Shown here piece by piece: positions 31,387 to 42,200 of a stretch of 64,000 nucleotides of DNA. The translations under genes were made by a program, and so were the position numbers. The notes beneath the pieces were generated by a model, which worked only from the letters and a program-made list of their open reading frames with translations, did no database searches and was not told the origin of the DNA. The DNA is from Gammaproteobacteria bacterium (lineage in GTDB: Bacteria; Pseudomonadota; Gammaproteobacteria; S012-40): contig CAKKRP010000043.1 in assembly GCA_919902765.1 (NCBI GenBank), positions 22,053 through 86,052 of the forward strand. The letters are read 5' to 3'. Within the stretch, counting starts at the first letter, position 1, and each line of letters begins with the position of its first letter.

Positions 31387-32985
31387 TTAGATTTTACTTT
31401 CGTCGCCTGAGATAAACCAACTGCTTGCATAGGGAAAAAATTTATACGGATGTATCGATACGTGACGTACTTTTTTATGGTAGGCGGAATAATTTGTAAG
31501 CGTCCATAAAAAGGTGTAGGGGGCTTCGTCGGCCAACACTTCGTGCAGTTTGCGATAAATCGTGCGACGTTTTTCGTGGTCTAGCGTTAACTTGCTCTCA
31601 ACGATCAGACCATCGACTTCAGGACTGGTATAGCCGCCGAAGTTGTTTTTCCAGGCACCGATTTCCGCTGAGTGGAACAACGAAGAGATATCCGCAGAAT
31701 CGTCAAATACCCACGACGCGAAAATGATATCAAAGTCATGTTGCGCAAAAATGGATTCTTTCCATGCTTGCCATTCCATAAAGCTGACCTGCACATCGGC
31801 GCCGACGCTTTTTAAATAATTTTTGAAGGCCAAGACCACACGTTTGACCGCTTCATTTTCCTTTTCAATGGGCACTTTCAAAGTCAGCGCAAGTTTCTTA
31901 CCGCCTTTTTCGAGTATGCCATCGCTGCCGGCTTGAAATCCGGCCTCTTTTAGCAATTCCGCCGCTTTGGCCTTATCAAAGGGTTGTGGCTTTACATCTA
32001 AATTATATGCCCAACTGCCTGGGGCGAACGGGCCGGAAATGACCGTGCCTTGGCCGTTGAAAAAGGATTTCAGCATTTCGTCGCGGTTAATCGCCAGCGT
32101 GAAGGCCTTGCGCACGCGCGCGTCGTTGAGCATTGGGTTGCGAACATTGTAACCAAAAAAGGCATACGACAAGGCATTGTAGGGTTGCAATACAAAGCGT
32201 TTATCACCTTGCAATTCCGGCAAGTTGCGCGGGTTTACCGTCACGATCATGTCGATGGCGTTGAAAGTCAAGGCCTGCATCATAATGTTTTGATCGGCAA
32301 ACGGTTTGGCGACAAATTGCGCGATATTGGCCTTGGCCCCGAAGTAATTGGGGTTGGCGATCAACACCACCTCTTGATTCGCGGTGACCTCTTTAAGCAT
32401 ATAGGGGCCGGTGCCTATAGGCCGTTGCACGAACGGGTCTTCGCGCGTCAAATAGTTCGTATTGTTCGGTCCATGTTTCGGAATAATTTTAAACGTAAAT
32501 TTCGCGAGCGCATTAAGTATGGGTCGCTTAAGCACGAATTTAACCGTATAGTTGTCGATTTTTTCTACCGTATCTATGAATTCATAGCGTACCTTCAACG
32601 GTGTGATCGTCTTTGGATGGGCCATAATTTTAAATGTGAAAACGACATCTTCGGCGGTGAACGGCTGCGGCTCGTCGGCCCCCTTAGGATGCCACTTGGC
32701 ATTTTTTCGCAGATAGAAAGTATAGTTTTTACCTTCCTTATCGACTTCCCACTTTTCGGCTAAATCAGGAACGATTTCTTGCTTTTCGTTAATACCTACC
32801 AGTCCGTTGAAAATCAGTTCGGTCAGACGTAGTGCGATCATATCATTACTGGTAATGGGATCGATAGTCGCCGGGCGACCGTATTCTCCATAACCTAGCG
32901 TGCCACCAACGCGGTCTTGTTCCGCGTTCACGGCGTTGACGGTTGCTGCTATAAATATAAATGTTGCTAACTTAAGTCTGTTCAT
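31387..32985 (-). CDS. ABC transporter substrate-binding protein, family 5 (peptide/opine/nickel-type SBP)
   Basis: 532 aa with signal peptide; size, position (first gene of the 5-gene ABC operon) and sequence character fit cluster-C family-5 SBPs. Confidence 0.75.
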   Translation of the reverse strand: MNRLKLATFIFIAATVNAVNAEQDRVGGTLGYGEYGRPATIDPITSNDMIALRLTELIFNGLVGINEKQEIVPDLAEKWEVDKEGKNYTFYLRKNAKWHPKGADEPQPFTAEDVVFTFKIMAHPKTITPLKVRYEFIDTVEKIDNYTVKFVLKRPILNALAKFTFKIIPKHGPNNTNYLTREDPFVQRPIGTGPYMLKEVTANQEVVLIANPNYFGAKANIAQFVAKPFADQNIMMQALTFNAIDMIVTVNPRNLPELQGDKRFVLQPYNALSYAFFGYNVRNPMLNDARVRKAFTLAINRDEMLKSFFNGQGTVISGPFAPGSWAYNLDVKPQPFDKAKAAELLKEAGFQAGSDGILEKGGKKLALTLKVPIEKENEAVKRVVLAFKNYLKSVGADVQVSFMEWQAWKESIFAQHDFDIIFASWVFDDSADISSLFHSAEIGAWKNNFGGYTSPEVDGLIVESKLTLDHEKRRTIYRKLHEVLADEAPYTFLWTLTNYSAYHKKVRHVSIHPYKFFPYASSWFISGDESKI

Positions 32986-33009
32986 ACGGGCCTCTCACTA
33001 AACAATTGA

Positions 33010-34485
33010 CTAAAATATCTTTACATCACCAGCGCTCTTTTGTTCTACCGAATAAATCCCTTGCACCGCGTCTTGCACAATGCGTACTGCGGGATAGTAT
33101 TTAGACATCTCAAAATATATCTCAAGATGTTCGGAGAAACTCTTGGTGCTCCTATACGCCTCTGCCAAGCTCGTCAGCATCAAAGGATCATTGTATTCAA
33201 TTTTATTTTTATTCGCTTTATCGCGCGCCATTTCTAATAGTGCGATGGCCTTGCCGTGTTTATTGGTTAATTCAAATAATTTTCCCAGTTCTGAAAAAAG
33301 CGCCTTCCCTCTCTTGGAGTCCGCCACATCCACCTTCGATGAGGCGAGTTGCATAAATTTTTCACACTTTCCACCGACTATGGAACACCCCCAAGCGATA
33401 TCCGACAATAGTTCCAGTTTATCCGCCGACGCCGAGGCCAATTCAATCGCGGCGCTGTCTACATCCCCGCCTGTGGGCGTTTTTAGGCGCGAAAATTTCA
33501 ATAGCACGGCACCCCGCTCGTCTACTCTAGGCGGCAATTTTCCTTTACCTACGATACCATCTAATATCTTGGCGGCACCCGCGTAATCTCCCTCCAAGAA
33601 GGATCGCTCGCCACTAAGATATGAACCCAATGCGTTATATTTTCCGCCGCCGCTCAATTTTGCCACATAAAATTTGAAAGCTGCGGAATATAAACTAGAT
33701 AGGCTACTCAACGAAGCCGGTGTGTAAAAATATATCTTGCGCCCGTCTTTACTTTCTTCTTTCAACCAGGGTTTGGACAGATCGATTCGGGTGACGAATT
33801 TAAGCGCTTCTTCTATTTTTCCTTGCTCCGCCAGCAATATAATATAGTCTGCCACGCCACTGGCGCTGGCGTCTTTTAATACTTTATCCGGTGTGATTGC
33901 GGCTCTGTTGAGAGTCGCATCGACGACTTGCTTTTGTCGCCCATTGGAATAGGATATGCGGGCCGCCGCTAATGTCGCATCTAAGGTCGCAGTACCTTTG
34001 GCGAATAAATCATTGGCTTTGATAAGCCTGCCGGATCGGCATGCGGTGTCGATGACTCCGCTTAGGGACGTAATGGATTTTTCCTGATTCCCGCCCATTT
34101 TAGACAGCGCGGCCAGCGCTGACTTACAGTCGCCTTTTTCATAGGCCAACATGGCGGCGGCGAGTGGCGCGTATTTGCTTTTATTTTTAGATTTGTCTTT
34201 CAAAAGTAAATTTAGATAATCCGTCTGCGCTTCCACGGCGCCTAGGTAAAATTGTTTGTATAAAATGGCGTTGTTGTGAAAGATGCTTGCTAGCGTAAAC
34301 ATTGCGGCGTCCCGAGCGCTCGCGTCTATCGTTCCGATGTTGCTATAGAGTTCACGCCAGGCCTCATCGTAGCGACGCAGCTCCATGGATTTTGTCGCCT
34401 TCGTCATGCTGTCGGTGCCTGCGGCAGGCACCACGCCGGTAAGCGTGGTCAACACTAGCGCGGTCAGTAAACGATATTTATTCAT
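33010..34485 (-). CDS. Secreted/periplasmic alpha-helical (TPR-like) protein, hypothetical
   Basis: 491 aa, N-terminal signal peptide (MNKYRLLTALVLTTLTGVVPAAG), Ala/Leu/Lys-rich helical repeats; last gene of a four-gene secreted-protein operon. Confidence 0.4.
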   Translation of the reverse strand: MNKYRLLTALVLTTLTGVVPAAGTDSMTKATKSMELRRYDEAWRELYSNIGTIDASARDAAMFTLASIFHNNAILYKQFYLGAVEAQTDYLNLLLKDKSKNKSKYAPLAAAMLAYEKGDCKSALAALSKMGGNQEKSITSLSGVIDTACRSGRLIKANDLFAKGTATLDATLAAARISYSNGRQKQVVDATLNRAAITPDKVLKDASASGVADYIILLAEQGKIEEALKFVTRIDLSKPWLKEESKDGRKIYFYTPASLSSLSSLYSAAFKFYVAKLSGGGKYNALGSYLSGERSFLEGDYAGAAKILDGIVGKGKLPPRVDERGAVLLKFSRLKTPTGGDVDSAAIELASASADKLELLSDIAWGCSIVGGKCEKFMQLASSKVDVADSKRGKALFSELGKLFELTNKHGKAIALLEMARDKANKNKIEYNDPLMLTSLAEAYRSTKSFSEHLEIYFEMSKYYPAVRIVQDAVQGIYSVEQKSAGDVKIF

Positions 34486-35741
34486 AGTTCTCCCAGCTTA
34501 TCTAACGGCAGTTTCATTACAAACACACGATCCCACTGATCCACTTGTGCGCGAAATGCAATCATGTTTTGTTTGGAAATACTTACATCGTGATTCATTT
34601 TTGTAGAGGTGATAATTTTCTTGACTTTTTTTCCGCGTATATCGGCAATAAATATTGGATTGTAATCTTCTTTTACATCTTTAATATATACGATATGTTG
34701 ACCATCCGCTAACCACGCCGGACCTCTTTCTATGTCTGGTATAACATGTGTGGCGACGATATTGCCGGCCAATTTGTCGCCCTCAAGCGCATCGGATCCA
34801 TCCGCTTTCACTACCGCGAGCGACCAAATTTTTATATCGCTTTCTTTGTTATAGTTGGTATAGAAGGCGATATATTGCCCGTCCGGCGACCAGGTGGGCC
34901 TTAAATCATCATAAGACCATCGTGTCAAAGGTGTTTCTATCGGTGAATTTTCCGCATTTATATTCATCACCATGATGTCATGATTTTCATTATCGCCGCG
35001 CATATAGGTCAAGCGAGTCCCATCGGGAGACCACATCGGGTATAAATGAGTCTGGTCGGTATTGGTGAGTTGCTTAACCACTCGCGTGGCTAGGTTCATC
35101 CAATTTATTTGCGCGCCACCGGTACGACCGGATACAAAAGCGATTTGTACATGCGGTGGCGACCAATCGGGCATGCCGTCTTTTTCTTTTGTTTCGGTCA
35201 GACGCGTGACCCCGCTGTCGTTTAAATCACCAAGATAGAGATCGTAATTACCTTCACCTGCATTGCTCATAAACACGAAGTGCTTGTCGTCGCTAGACCA
35301 CGTTAAACCGGCGTTATAGCTTACGCTTTCCTCCAATCCGGGGATTAGCATCGCGAGACCTTGAGCGTTGTCTTCCAGTTGATAATATATTTTTTTAATT
35401 GGTTTAAAGTCCGCTGTTTTTAATATGACAATCTCTTTCTTACTCTGCTCATTGCGTTCTATCGCCAGCATGTTGCCGCTTGCAGACCACGATGGATTGG
35501 TGTCGTTGACCCCACTGTTTTCGACGGGAATCAGCTTCATTTCCAGCGGCATAATGCTATCTACAGGCGGTTGCAGAGCAGCCGCAGGAGGTGTATCAAC
35601 CATGATGGGTACCACGGTTGATAGTGCATTAGCGTCGGTCTTCGAATGCGCTTCTTCTGCATTGAGTGTATTAAACCTCAGCACATTGGATAGCGCTAGC
35701 GTAGTCATTAATGCTGCGATCACAAACCGCTGGCTGTTCAT
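34482..35741 (-). CDS. TolB-like beta-propeller (PD40/WD40-like repeat) periplasmic protein
   Basis: Signal peptide; repeated …WSPDG(T/Q)…(L/I)(T/A)(Y/F)… PD40 units (WSASGNMLAI, WSPPHVQIAFV, WSPDGTRLTYM, WSPDGQYIAFY). Confidence 0.6.
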   Translation of the reverse strand: MNSQRFVIAALMTTLALSNVLRFNTLNAEEAHSKTDANALSTVVPIMVDTPPAAALQPPVDSIMPLEMKLIPVENSGVNDTNPSWSASGNMLAIERNEQSKKEIVILKTADFKPIKKIYYQLEDNAQGLAMLIPGLEESVSYNAGLTWSSDDKHFVFMSNAGEGNYDLYLGDLNDSGVTRLTETKEKDGMPDWSPPHVQIAFVSGRTGGAQINWMNLATRVVKQLTNTDQTHLYPMWSPDGTRLTYMRGDNENHDIMVMNINAENSPIETPLTRWSYDDLRPTWSPDGQYIAFYTNYNKESDIKIWSLAVVKADGSDALEGDKLAGNIVATHVIPDIERGPAWLADGQHIVYIKDVKEDYNPIFIADIRGKKVKKIITSTKMNHDVSISKQNMIAFRAQVDQWDRVFVMKLPLDKLGEL

Positions 35742-35750
35742 CGTCTTCCT

Positions 35751-38315
35751 CTAAGATTGCCCTTGCACTTGGTTCCAATAACGTTGCGCGGTTTGGCGAC
35801 TTTGTTCATAGTCCTTATTACCTTCCAAACTCTTGGGGAAGAAATCGAAATATTCGCGCCACGCCATATCGGCATCGTGCAGCAATTGTTTGCGCTTGGT
35901 TACCATATATAATTTGTAATACGATAAGGCGTAGTAGTAATACGTGTCATGTAACGCAACATCGTAACTTTCAGCCGGGAAAAACCGCGAATTTTCCTTT
36001 GCCTTTTTGATAGCCTGTATGGCCTTGGCGATGTATTTAGCGGCGCCTTCAGGGTCATTGTGTATAACTAATTCAGCCTTTTCGTAGTATGCGCGACCCA
36101 TGTTGGTATACAGCACTGAAAATTGCTTCAACACAAGTTCTTTGATTTCGGGTATAGCCGCTACCGTCTCGAATTCAGCTAACGCGGCATCCGGGTCATT
36201 TTTTTCATCCAGATAGAGTTGGGCTAGGCGGTTGTGCGCCTGGGCGTAATCGGGATGGTCTTTGTGCGCGCTTTTGTACGCTGCGATGGCCTCGTCAACC
36301 TTGCCTGCGGTTTCGGCGCGATCACCGATTTTCAAAAAATCTTTGTATATAGAAATCTTGTTGCTGCCGGTGTAATTCATGTCCTTTTTATCAAAGGCGA
36401 CCACTTGTTCCCAATCGCGATAGTCTTGGCCGTAGGCCAAGGTTAAGGTATGGAACCCTACCAAAACATTAATTCCTTTGGTCTCAGGGGTTTTACCGAC
36501 TTCAACACCATCGACAAATATTTTTGCGCCCGTGGGCTCGGTTTCCACCTTTAAAACAGAAGAGTAGGAATTTAACGCGAATTCCTTGTTTTCGCCCTTC
36601 TTTTCCGCTTTCAGCGTCTGGGATAGTTGTTCGTAACCCGCTTTATATAAGGTCAAATCGTATTTTTTTCCGAGCTTTATCGCCATTTTCAACTGGCCGT
36701 TTTTGTCGGTGGTGCCCAGCCATTTTTTTTCTACATACACGTTTACGCCACGCACCGGGGCGACATCGCCGCTGACGCCTCCTTTCACGGTCAATTGAAT
36801 TTCGTCGCCATCTATACCCGCGCCATTTTGTCGTATAATGCGGGCGCCCATGAGAGTGTCGCCACTTTCGGAAATATTATTGATCTCGACGGTGGAGTGT
36901 TCGCGTGAGTTGCTTTTAACCTTCACGCTGCCAACGTCTTTGTAAGATGAAATCTTGCCGTCTTTGCCGAATTGCGGAAGTGCGACGGTAAACTCGGCGT
37001 TCCTATCGATGTCAAATGGCCGCGTACCTAGGTTGATGACCAATCTATCATCGTCTTTTCCGGTGATGCGCCCTTCAAACGGAAATTTGTCTATCATATC
37101 TACCGCGATTTCCTTGGCTGCGCGGTCAACCTTCTTGGCGCTGCTGGCGTCCGCTAAATGGCTGGACACCAATTTTCCATCCATGTCATATACCTTGGCC
37201 TCAAACATTATCCCCTCGTCTTTAGTTTTTGAAATGCTGCCGACGAGCAAATACTCCAGGGTCTGTTGCGCGAGCGTGTTGCGCCAACCTTTGGTGGTCA
37301 TTTTTTCCAGCGTCAATTTGGCGGATTTCATCGCGCCATTGATCACATCATCCGGCACGATGATAAATGATTCTTGTTTTTGAATATTAGAAATTAGCTC
37401 TTTTTGAGCGGTTTCCACCAATGCGCCTATATCTTCACCGGCGGTATTGGCGCCAATTCTGGTGACGCCAATGCGGGGCAAATCGGCGCGCATGGAGAAC
37501 AGGTGCGTGGTAAACTGTTTGTTGCCATTTAGCGTGATTTCTGTGGCGGATTTCGCTGAGACATACCCTGTCGCGCTAACATCGAGCTTAATTTTTTTTC
37601 CGGGTGCGCCATCGTAGTTGTAACGATATTCGCCATCTTTATTGGTATTGCCTACTTTAGATCCATCTATGGTCACGATGGCGTCTTTTAGCGAAACCGA
37701 AGCATTCAGTTGTTCGGTGAACACTTTTACCTTCACCGTTAATACTTTATTGAGACCCGCTTCTAATTGTTTTCCGGGCTCCGGTTTGATCGCCAGCTTC
37801 CAAGTGGAAAAGCCTTCTTTAGTCACCGATAGGGTTACTTGCTTAGCCGAAGACTCGTCGTACTGGTAGACGTATTCGCCTTTGTTATTAGTGTTACCTA
37901 CAGCGACTCCATTAACGCTTAATGCGGCTTTTTCCAGGGGCTTTCCTTCATTCTTGGCGACCACCATCATAAATGGCGAGCCTTCCAATTTCACGTTGAA
38001 CAAATATTTTTTCTCTTTATTTTCTTCAGAAACAATGAATGAGCGTTCCCACGGCTGAATGAAAAATCCTTTGAGATCTTTTTTAACGGTGACGGCCACT
38101 TTGGTGTTTCGCAGGCGTTGTACCTTTGCAAGCGCATGTCCCTGTGCATCGGTTTTCCCGATTTCTTGTCCATCGGCGAGTATGACCGCATCGGCCAATG
38201 GCTTGTCTTTTAAATTTGCCGTAATATCAATGGCGACTTCAACGGGTTTATCCGCGCATGCTACCGCCACCATGCTCAGTGCGGTAATGAAAGCTAGTTT
38301 ATATATACGAACCAT
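35751..38315 (-). CDS. Large secreted multidomain protein: repeated carboxypeptidase-regulatory-like/PEGA-type beta-sandwich domains + C-terminal TPR region
   Basis: 854 aa with a lipoprotein-like signal (…SMVAVACADK). Several about 80-aa beta-sandwich modules of the …V.V.G..VG.T..DG.Y… type. One PEGA-like segment (…VETEPTGAKIFVDGVEVGKTPET…). C-terminal TPR-like helices (…AIAAYKSAHKDHPDYAQAHNRLAQLY…). Confidence 0.45.
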   Translation of the reverse strand: MVRIYKLAFITALSMVAVACADKPVEVAIDITANLKDKPLADAVILADGQEIGKTDAQGHALAKVQRLRNTKVAVTVKKDLKGFFIQPWERSFIVSEENKEKKYLFNVKLEGSPFMMVVAKNEGKPLEKAALSVNGVAVGNTNNKGEYVYQYDESSAKQVTLSVTKEGFSTWKLAIKPEPGKQLEAGLNKVLTVKVKVFTEQLNASVSLKDAIVTIDGSKVGNTNKDGEYRYNYDGAPGKKIKLDVSATGYVSAKSATEITLNGNKQFTTHLFSMRADLPRIGVTRIGANTAGEDIGALVETAQKELISNIQKQESFIIVPDDVINGAMKSAKLTLEKMTTKGWRNTLAQQTLEYLLVGSISKTKDEGIMFEAKVYDMDGKLVSSHLADASSAKKVDRAAKEIAVDMIDKFPFEGRITGKDDDRLVINLGTRPFDIDRNAEFTVALPQFGKDGKISSYKDVGSVKVKSNSREHSTVEINNISESGDTLMGARIIRQNGAGIDGDEIQLTVKGGVSGDVAPVRGVNVYVEKKWLGTTDKNGQLKMAIKLGKKYDLTLYKAGYEQLSQTLKAEKKGENKEFALNSYSSVLKVETEPTGAKIFVDGVEVGKTPETKGINVLVGFHTLTLAYGQDYRDWEQVVAFDKKDMNYTGSNKISIYKDFLKIGDRAETAGKVDEAIAAYKSAHKDHPDYAQAHNRLAQLYLDEKNDPDAALAEFETVAAIPEIKELVLKQFSVLYTNMGRAYYEKAELVIHNDPEGAAKYIAKAIQAIKKAKENSRFFPAESYDVALHDTYYYYALSYYKLYMVTKRKQLLHDADMAWREYFDFFPKSLEGNKDYEQSRQTAQRYWNQVQGQS

Positions 38316-38343
38316 GGCCTTTCCTCCTGTCCCAAATTCATTT

Positions 38344-38829
38344 TTACATCATAGGTGCTTGAATATTCACTTCACCGGGGTTGATAATCTTGTCTTCATC
38401 GCTATTCGCGCCTTTGATCGAGCGGGATTTTCCTTCGGGTATTTTTTTCAGATGTATTTCGACTTGGCGCGATGAAAAACGCCCTATCTCAACCGTTTGT
38501 GTCGCGGTTTGATATCCGATGCGCGATACCTCAATCTTATAAGTGCCAGGCACCAATTTATCTTTCTCGGAAATAAATTGCCCTATTTCATCGGTTTTTA
38601 CTGCGTGGGAAGCGTTTTCCAGCGCGGCGGTCGTATTAATCATATTGATAACGATATCTTTTGGCTTCTCGCGCGTGACAGGTTGATTATTCATATCGAC
38701 CAGTTTGACCATACCGCTGATCTTGGCAGAGCAGCCCGCAGCGGTAATGATGCTTAGGCTAGTAATTAGGCACAGACTCAGTGTGTTACGCATCGCATTT
38801 CTCCATAAATCTTTGTAGAAGGTGGCCAC
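38344..38829 (-). CDS. Small lipoprotein with carboxypeptidase-regulatory-like beta-sandwich domain
   Basis: Lipobox …ITAAGCSAK; …ISGMVKLVDMNNQPV…GTYKIEVSRIGYQTATQTVEI… resembles CarboxypepD_reg-like domains. First gene of the secreted-protein operon. Confidence 0.4.
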   Translation of the reverse strand: MATFYKDLWRNAMRNTLSLCLITSLSIITAAGCSAKISGMVKLVDMNNQPVTREKPKDIVINMINTTAALENASHAVKTDEIGQFISEKDKLVPGTYKIEVSRIGYQTATQTVEIGRFSSRQVEIHLKKIPEGKSRSIKGANSDEDKIINPGEVNIQAPMM

Positions 38830-39281
38830 CCCGATGTTTCATAGACCCTGTTATCGGCAGGTGGAGCGATAAAATTGAGGTCGTATTTTGAAAATTTGAC
38901 ACATATAGCTCCCTGATTTGTCACCAATTAGAGACAGTAACCCGCGAAGGTAGCTTTCAACCAATATTGGCCGTGTCGAGTACTATTGGCGAGATGTATG
39001 GCCGGTTCTTGATTCTTTAACTCAACCAAACCGCGTGACATGTGCTTGTTGCACATCGCAGACCAAAAAACGCTTATAATTCCTAAAATATGAATTGGCG
39101 TTGAGTCGGCTAGAAATTTTTTTAATGCCCCACGCGCAGGCACTGAGCCGCGATGTGTAAGCGATACAGTCATTGCGCAAATTTGCAGCGCATAAGACGT
39201 GATTTAATAGCCAATTTACCGACAATATGCCATCTTATTGGCGTCGGTGGGTTGTCCAGCGCACAGTGCGATCCCCAATAA
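38830..39281. promoter_or_regulatory. Divergent promoter region (secreted-protein operon on the minus strand / mfd on the plus strand) carrying near-palindromic motifs shared with the exopolysaccharide promoter
   Basis: AAATTTGACACAT (38891-38903) and GTCACCAATTAGAGACAG (38920-38937) resemble GTGTCTAATTTGACAT and GTCTCTAATTAGAGAC at 17425-17440 and 17673-17688. Confidence 0.35.
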
Positions 39282-42200
39282 ATGGGGCTAGAAATAGATG
39301 AAGATAGCCCAGGTAGGCGAAAACTGGTAAACTTGGCCCGTACATCATATTATTTGACTTTATTCATGCTTGAACAAAAATCTGAAGCGTTCCAAGACAT
39401 TTTTTGCCCTATACTGCCCCAAGGAAAGGACCTTTTTTGCGGAAACCTGCACGGCGCCGCGAAAGGGATGTTGCTGGCGAATTTGGCGCATAAATACGAT
39501 GGGATAATTGTGGTATTCACCCAGGATACCCCTGAGGCCTATCAACTGGAAAACGAGCTGCGTTTTTTCCTGGGTAAGGAACGCCAGAATTCAATTCTCA
39601 ATTTTCCGGATTGGGAGACCTTGCCCTACGATATTTTCTCGCCCTTCCAAGATATCGTTTCGCAACGACTATTGACCTTGTATCGCCTGCCGAAATTGAC
39701 ACGCGGCATATTGCTGGTGCCGGTGGCGACTGCGATGCAAAGAATCGCCCCACAGGCCTATATCGACCAGCATACATTTGACATGCGCGTGGGAGATCGC
39801 GCCGATTTAGACGCTATGCGCAAACGTTTGGAAAATGGCGGTTATCGCTATGTTTCTCAGGTCTTAGAACATGGCGATTTCTCCGTACGCGGTTCTTTGT
39901 TAGATCTATTTCCTATGGGTAGCGACGTGCCTTATCGCATCGATTTGCTTGATGACGAGGTGGAATCGATACGCGTTTTTGACCCGGAAAATCAACGCAC
40001 TGTGGGCAAAGTAGACGTGATCCAATTGCTGCCCGCACATGAATTTCCGTCCGATCAAGAGGCCATTGCGCGGTTTCGACAGCGCTATCGTGAGGTGGTG
40101 GAAGGCGATCCTCAGCGTAGCGAAATTTATCGCGAAGTCAGCCAAGGGCGCTTCCCCCCGGGTATTGAATATTATTTGCCGCTATTTTTTGAAAATACCG
40201 CCACCCTTTTTGATTTTTTACCCACCAAGACGTTGTTGGTTGCCACGGATGGCAGTATCGATTCGGCCGATATTTTTTGGCGGGATATTGAACATCGTTA
40301 CGATCAACTCAGACACAATATCGAACGGCCTCTGTTAACGCCGGAGTTATTATTTGTCGCGCCGGCGGCATTAAAAGAAATTTTGGCACGCACGCCGATT
40401 ATGCACCTACAGAATTATAACCAAATCGACCGGCCAGATGCCTGCACGCTGAATTTTGAAACCGCTATCGTACCCGCGTTGGAGTTTTCCGCGCGCGATG
40501 AGGTTGCCACTAATGGCCTGGAAAAATTTGCTAAAGCCTATACCGGGCGGATACTCATTACTGCGGAATCCGAAGGCCGCCGTGAATTGATACGTGAGAT
40601 GTTGAGCCATGCCGGCATGGCTCCCGTGATTGTCAATCATTGGTCCGAATTTTTACGCGGCAACTATCCATTGGGATTGGCCATAGCGCCGTTAGAAACC
40701 GGTGTCATGCTGACCCACCCGGCGCTTACGGTGATTGCCGAGCCGCAACTGTTTGGCAGTCGTATCCAACAAAAACGCCGCCGTTCGCGGTCGCAACGCG
40801 ATGCCGAGGCAATCGTACGCGAGCTGACCGATTTGGTCATAGGCTCGCCAGTGGTACACGAAGATTATGGCGTAGGCCGCTATTTAGGCTTGCAAAAATT
40901 ACCTGTAAATGGCGAAGACATGGAGTTTCTCGCCTTGCAATATGCCGGTAGCGATAAACTTTATGTGCCGGTGTCATCGTTGCATTTAATTAGTCGTTAC
41001 ATGGGCGCGAATGCGGATACCGTGCCGTTGCATAAACTTGGCACGGATCAATGGCAGCGCGCCAAACGCAAGGCCACCGAAAAGGCCAGAGACGTTGCAG
41101 CGGAATTATTGGATATTTATGCGCGACGCGAGGCCGCGAAGGGCCTGCGATTTACGTCAAATGAACGAGAATATCTCGGTTTTGCAGCGTCGTTTCCCTA
41201 TGAAGAAACGCCGGATCAACAAAGCGCCATCGAAGCAACCTTGCAGGATCTCGCCTCCGGGCGGCCGATGGATCGTGTGGTCTGCGGCGACGTGGGCTTC
41301 GGTAAAACTGAAGTTGCGATGCGCGCGGCGTTTGTGGTTGCCAACGGCGGTAAACAAGTCGCCGTGTTAGTGCCTACGACCCTGCTTGCGCAACAACACT
41401 ATCAAAATTTTGTGGATCGCTTTGCGCAATGGCCGTTTCGTATCGAAGTGTTATCGAGATTTCGTTCTAAAGCGGAACAAACGACCGTTTTAAAGGCGCT
41501 TGAGCAAGGTAAAGCGGATATCTTGATCGCGACCCATAAATTGATACAAGATGATATTAAATTTAAAGATTTGGGCCTCTTAATCGTCGATGAAGAACAT
41601 CGTTTTGGCGTACGTCAAAAGGAAAAATTAAAGGCCTTGCGCACACACGTGGCGATACTGACGCTCACCGCCACCCCTATCCCCCGCACCATGAATATGT
41701 CATTGGCGGGGTTGCGCGATTTGTCGATTATCGCGACCCCGCCGGCGCACCGCCATGCGGTGAAGACTTTTGTATGCCAGTGGGATAATGCCGTTATACA
41801 AGAGGCCGTGCAGCGTGAGTTAAAGCGCGGCGGTCAGGTGTATTTTTTACATAATGAGGTTGAAACAATCGAAAAAACGGCGCGCGAGTTGAGTGCGTTA
41901 ATCCCGGAGGCCAATGTACGATTTGCGCACGGGCAAATGCGCGAACGCGAACTCGAATCCACGATGGGCGATTTTTATCATCGGCGTTTTAATGTATTGC
42001 TCGCCACCACGATTATCGAAAGCGGTATCGACATACCCAATGCAAACACCATTATTATCAATCGTGCGGATAAATTAGGATTAGCGCAGTTGCATCAATT
42101 GCGGGGGCGCGTCGGTCGCTCGCATCATCGCGCTTATGCGTATTTATTAGTGCCCCCCAAAGGCGCGATGACGCCGGATGCCATCAAACGTCTGGAAGCG

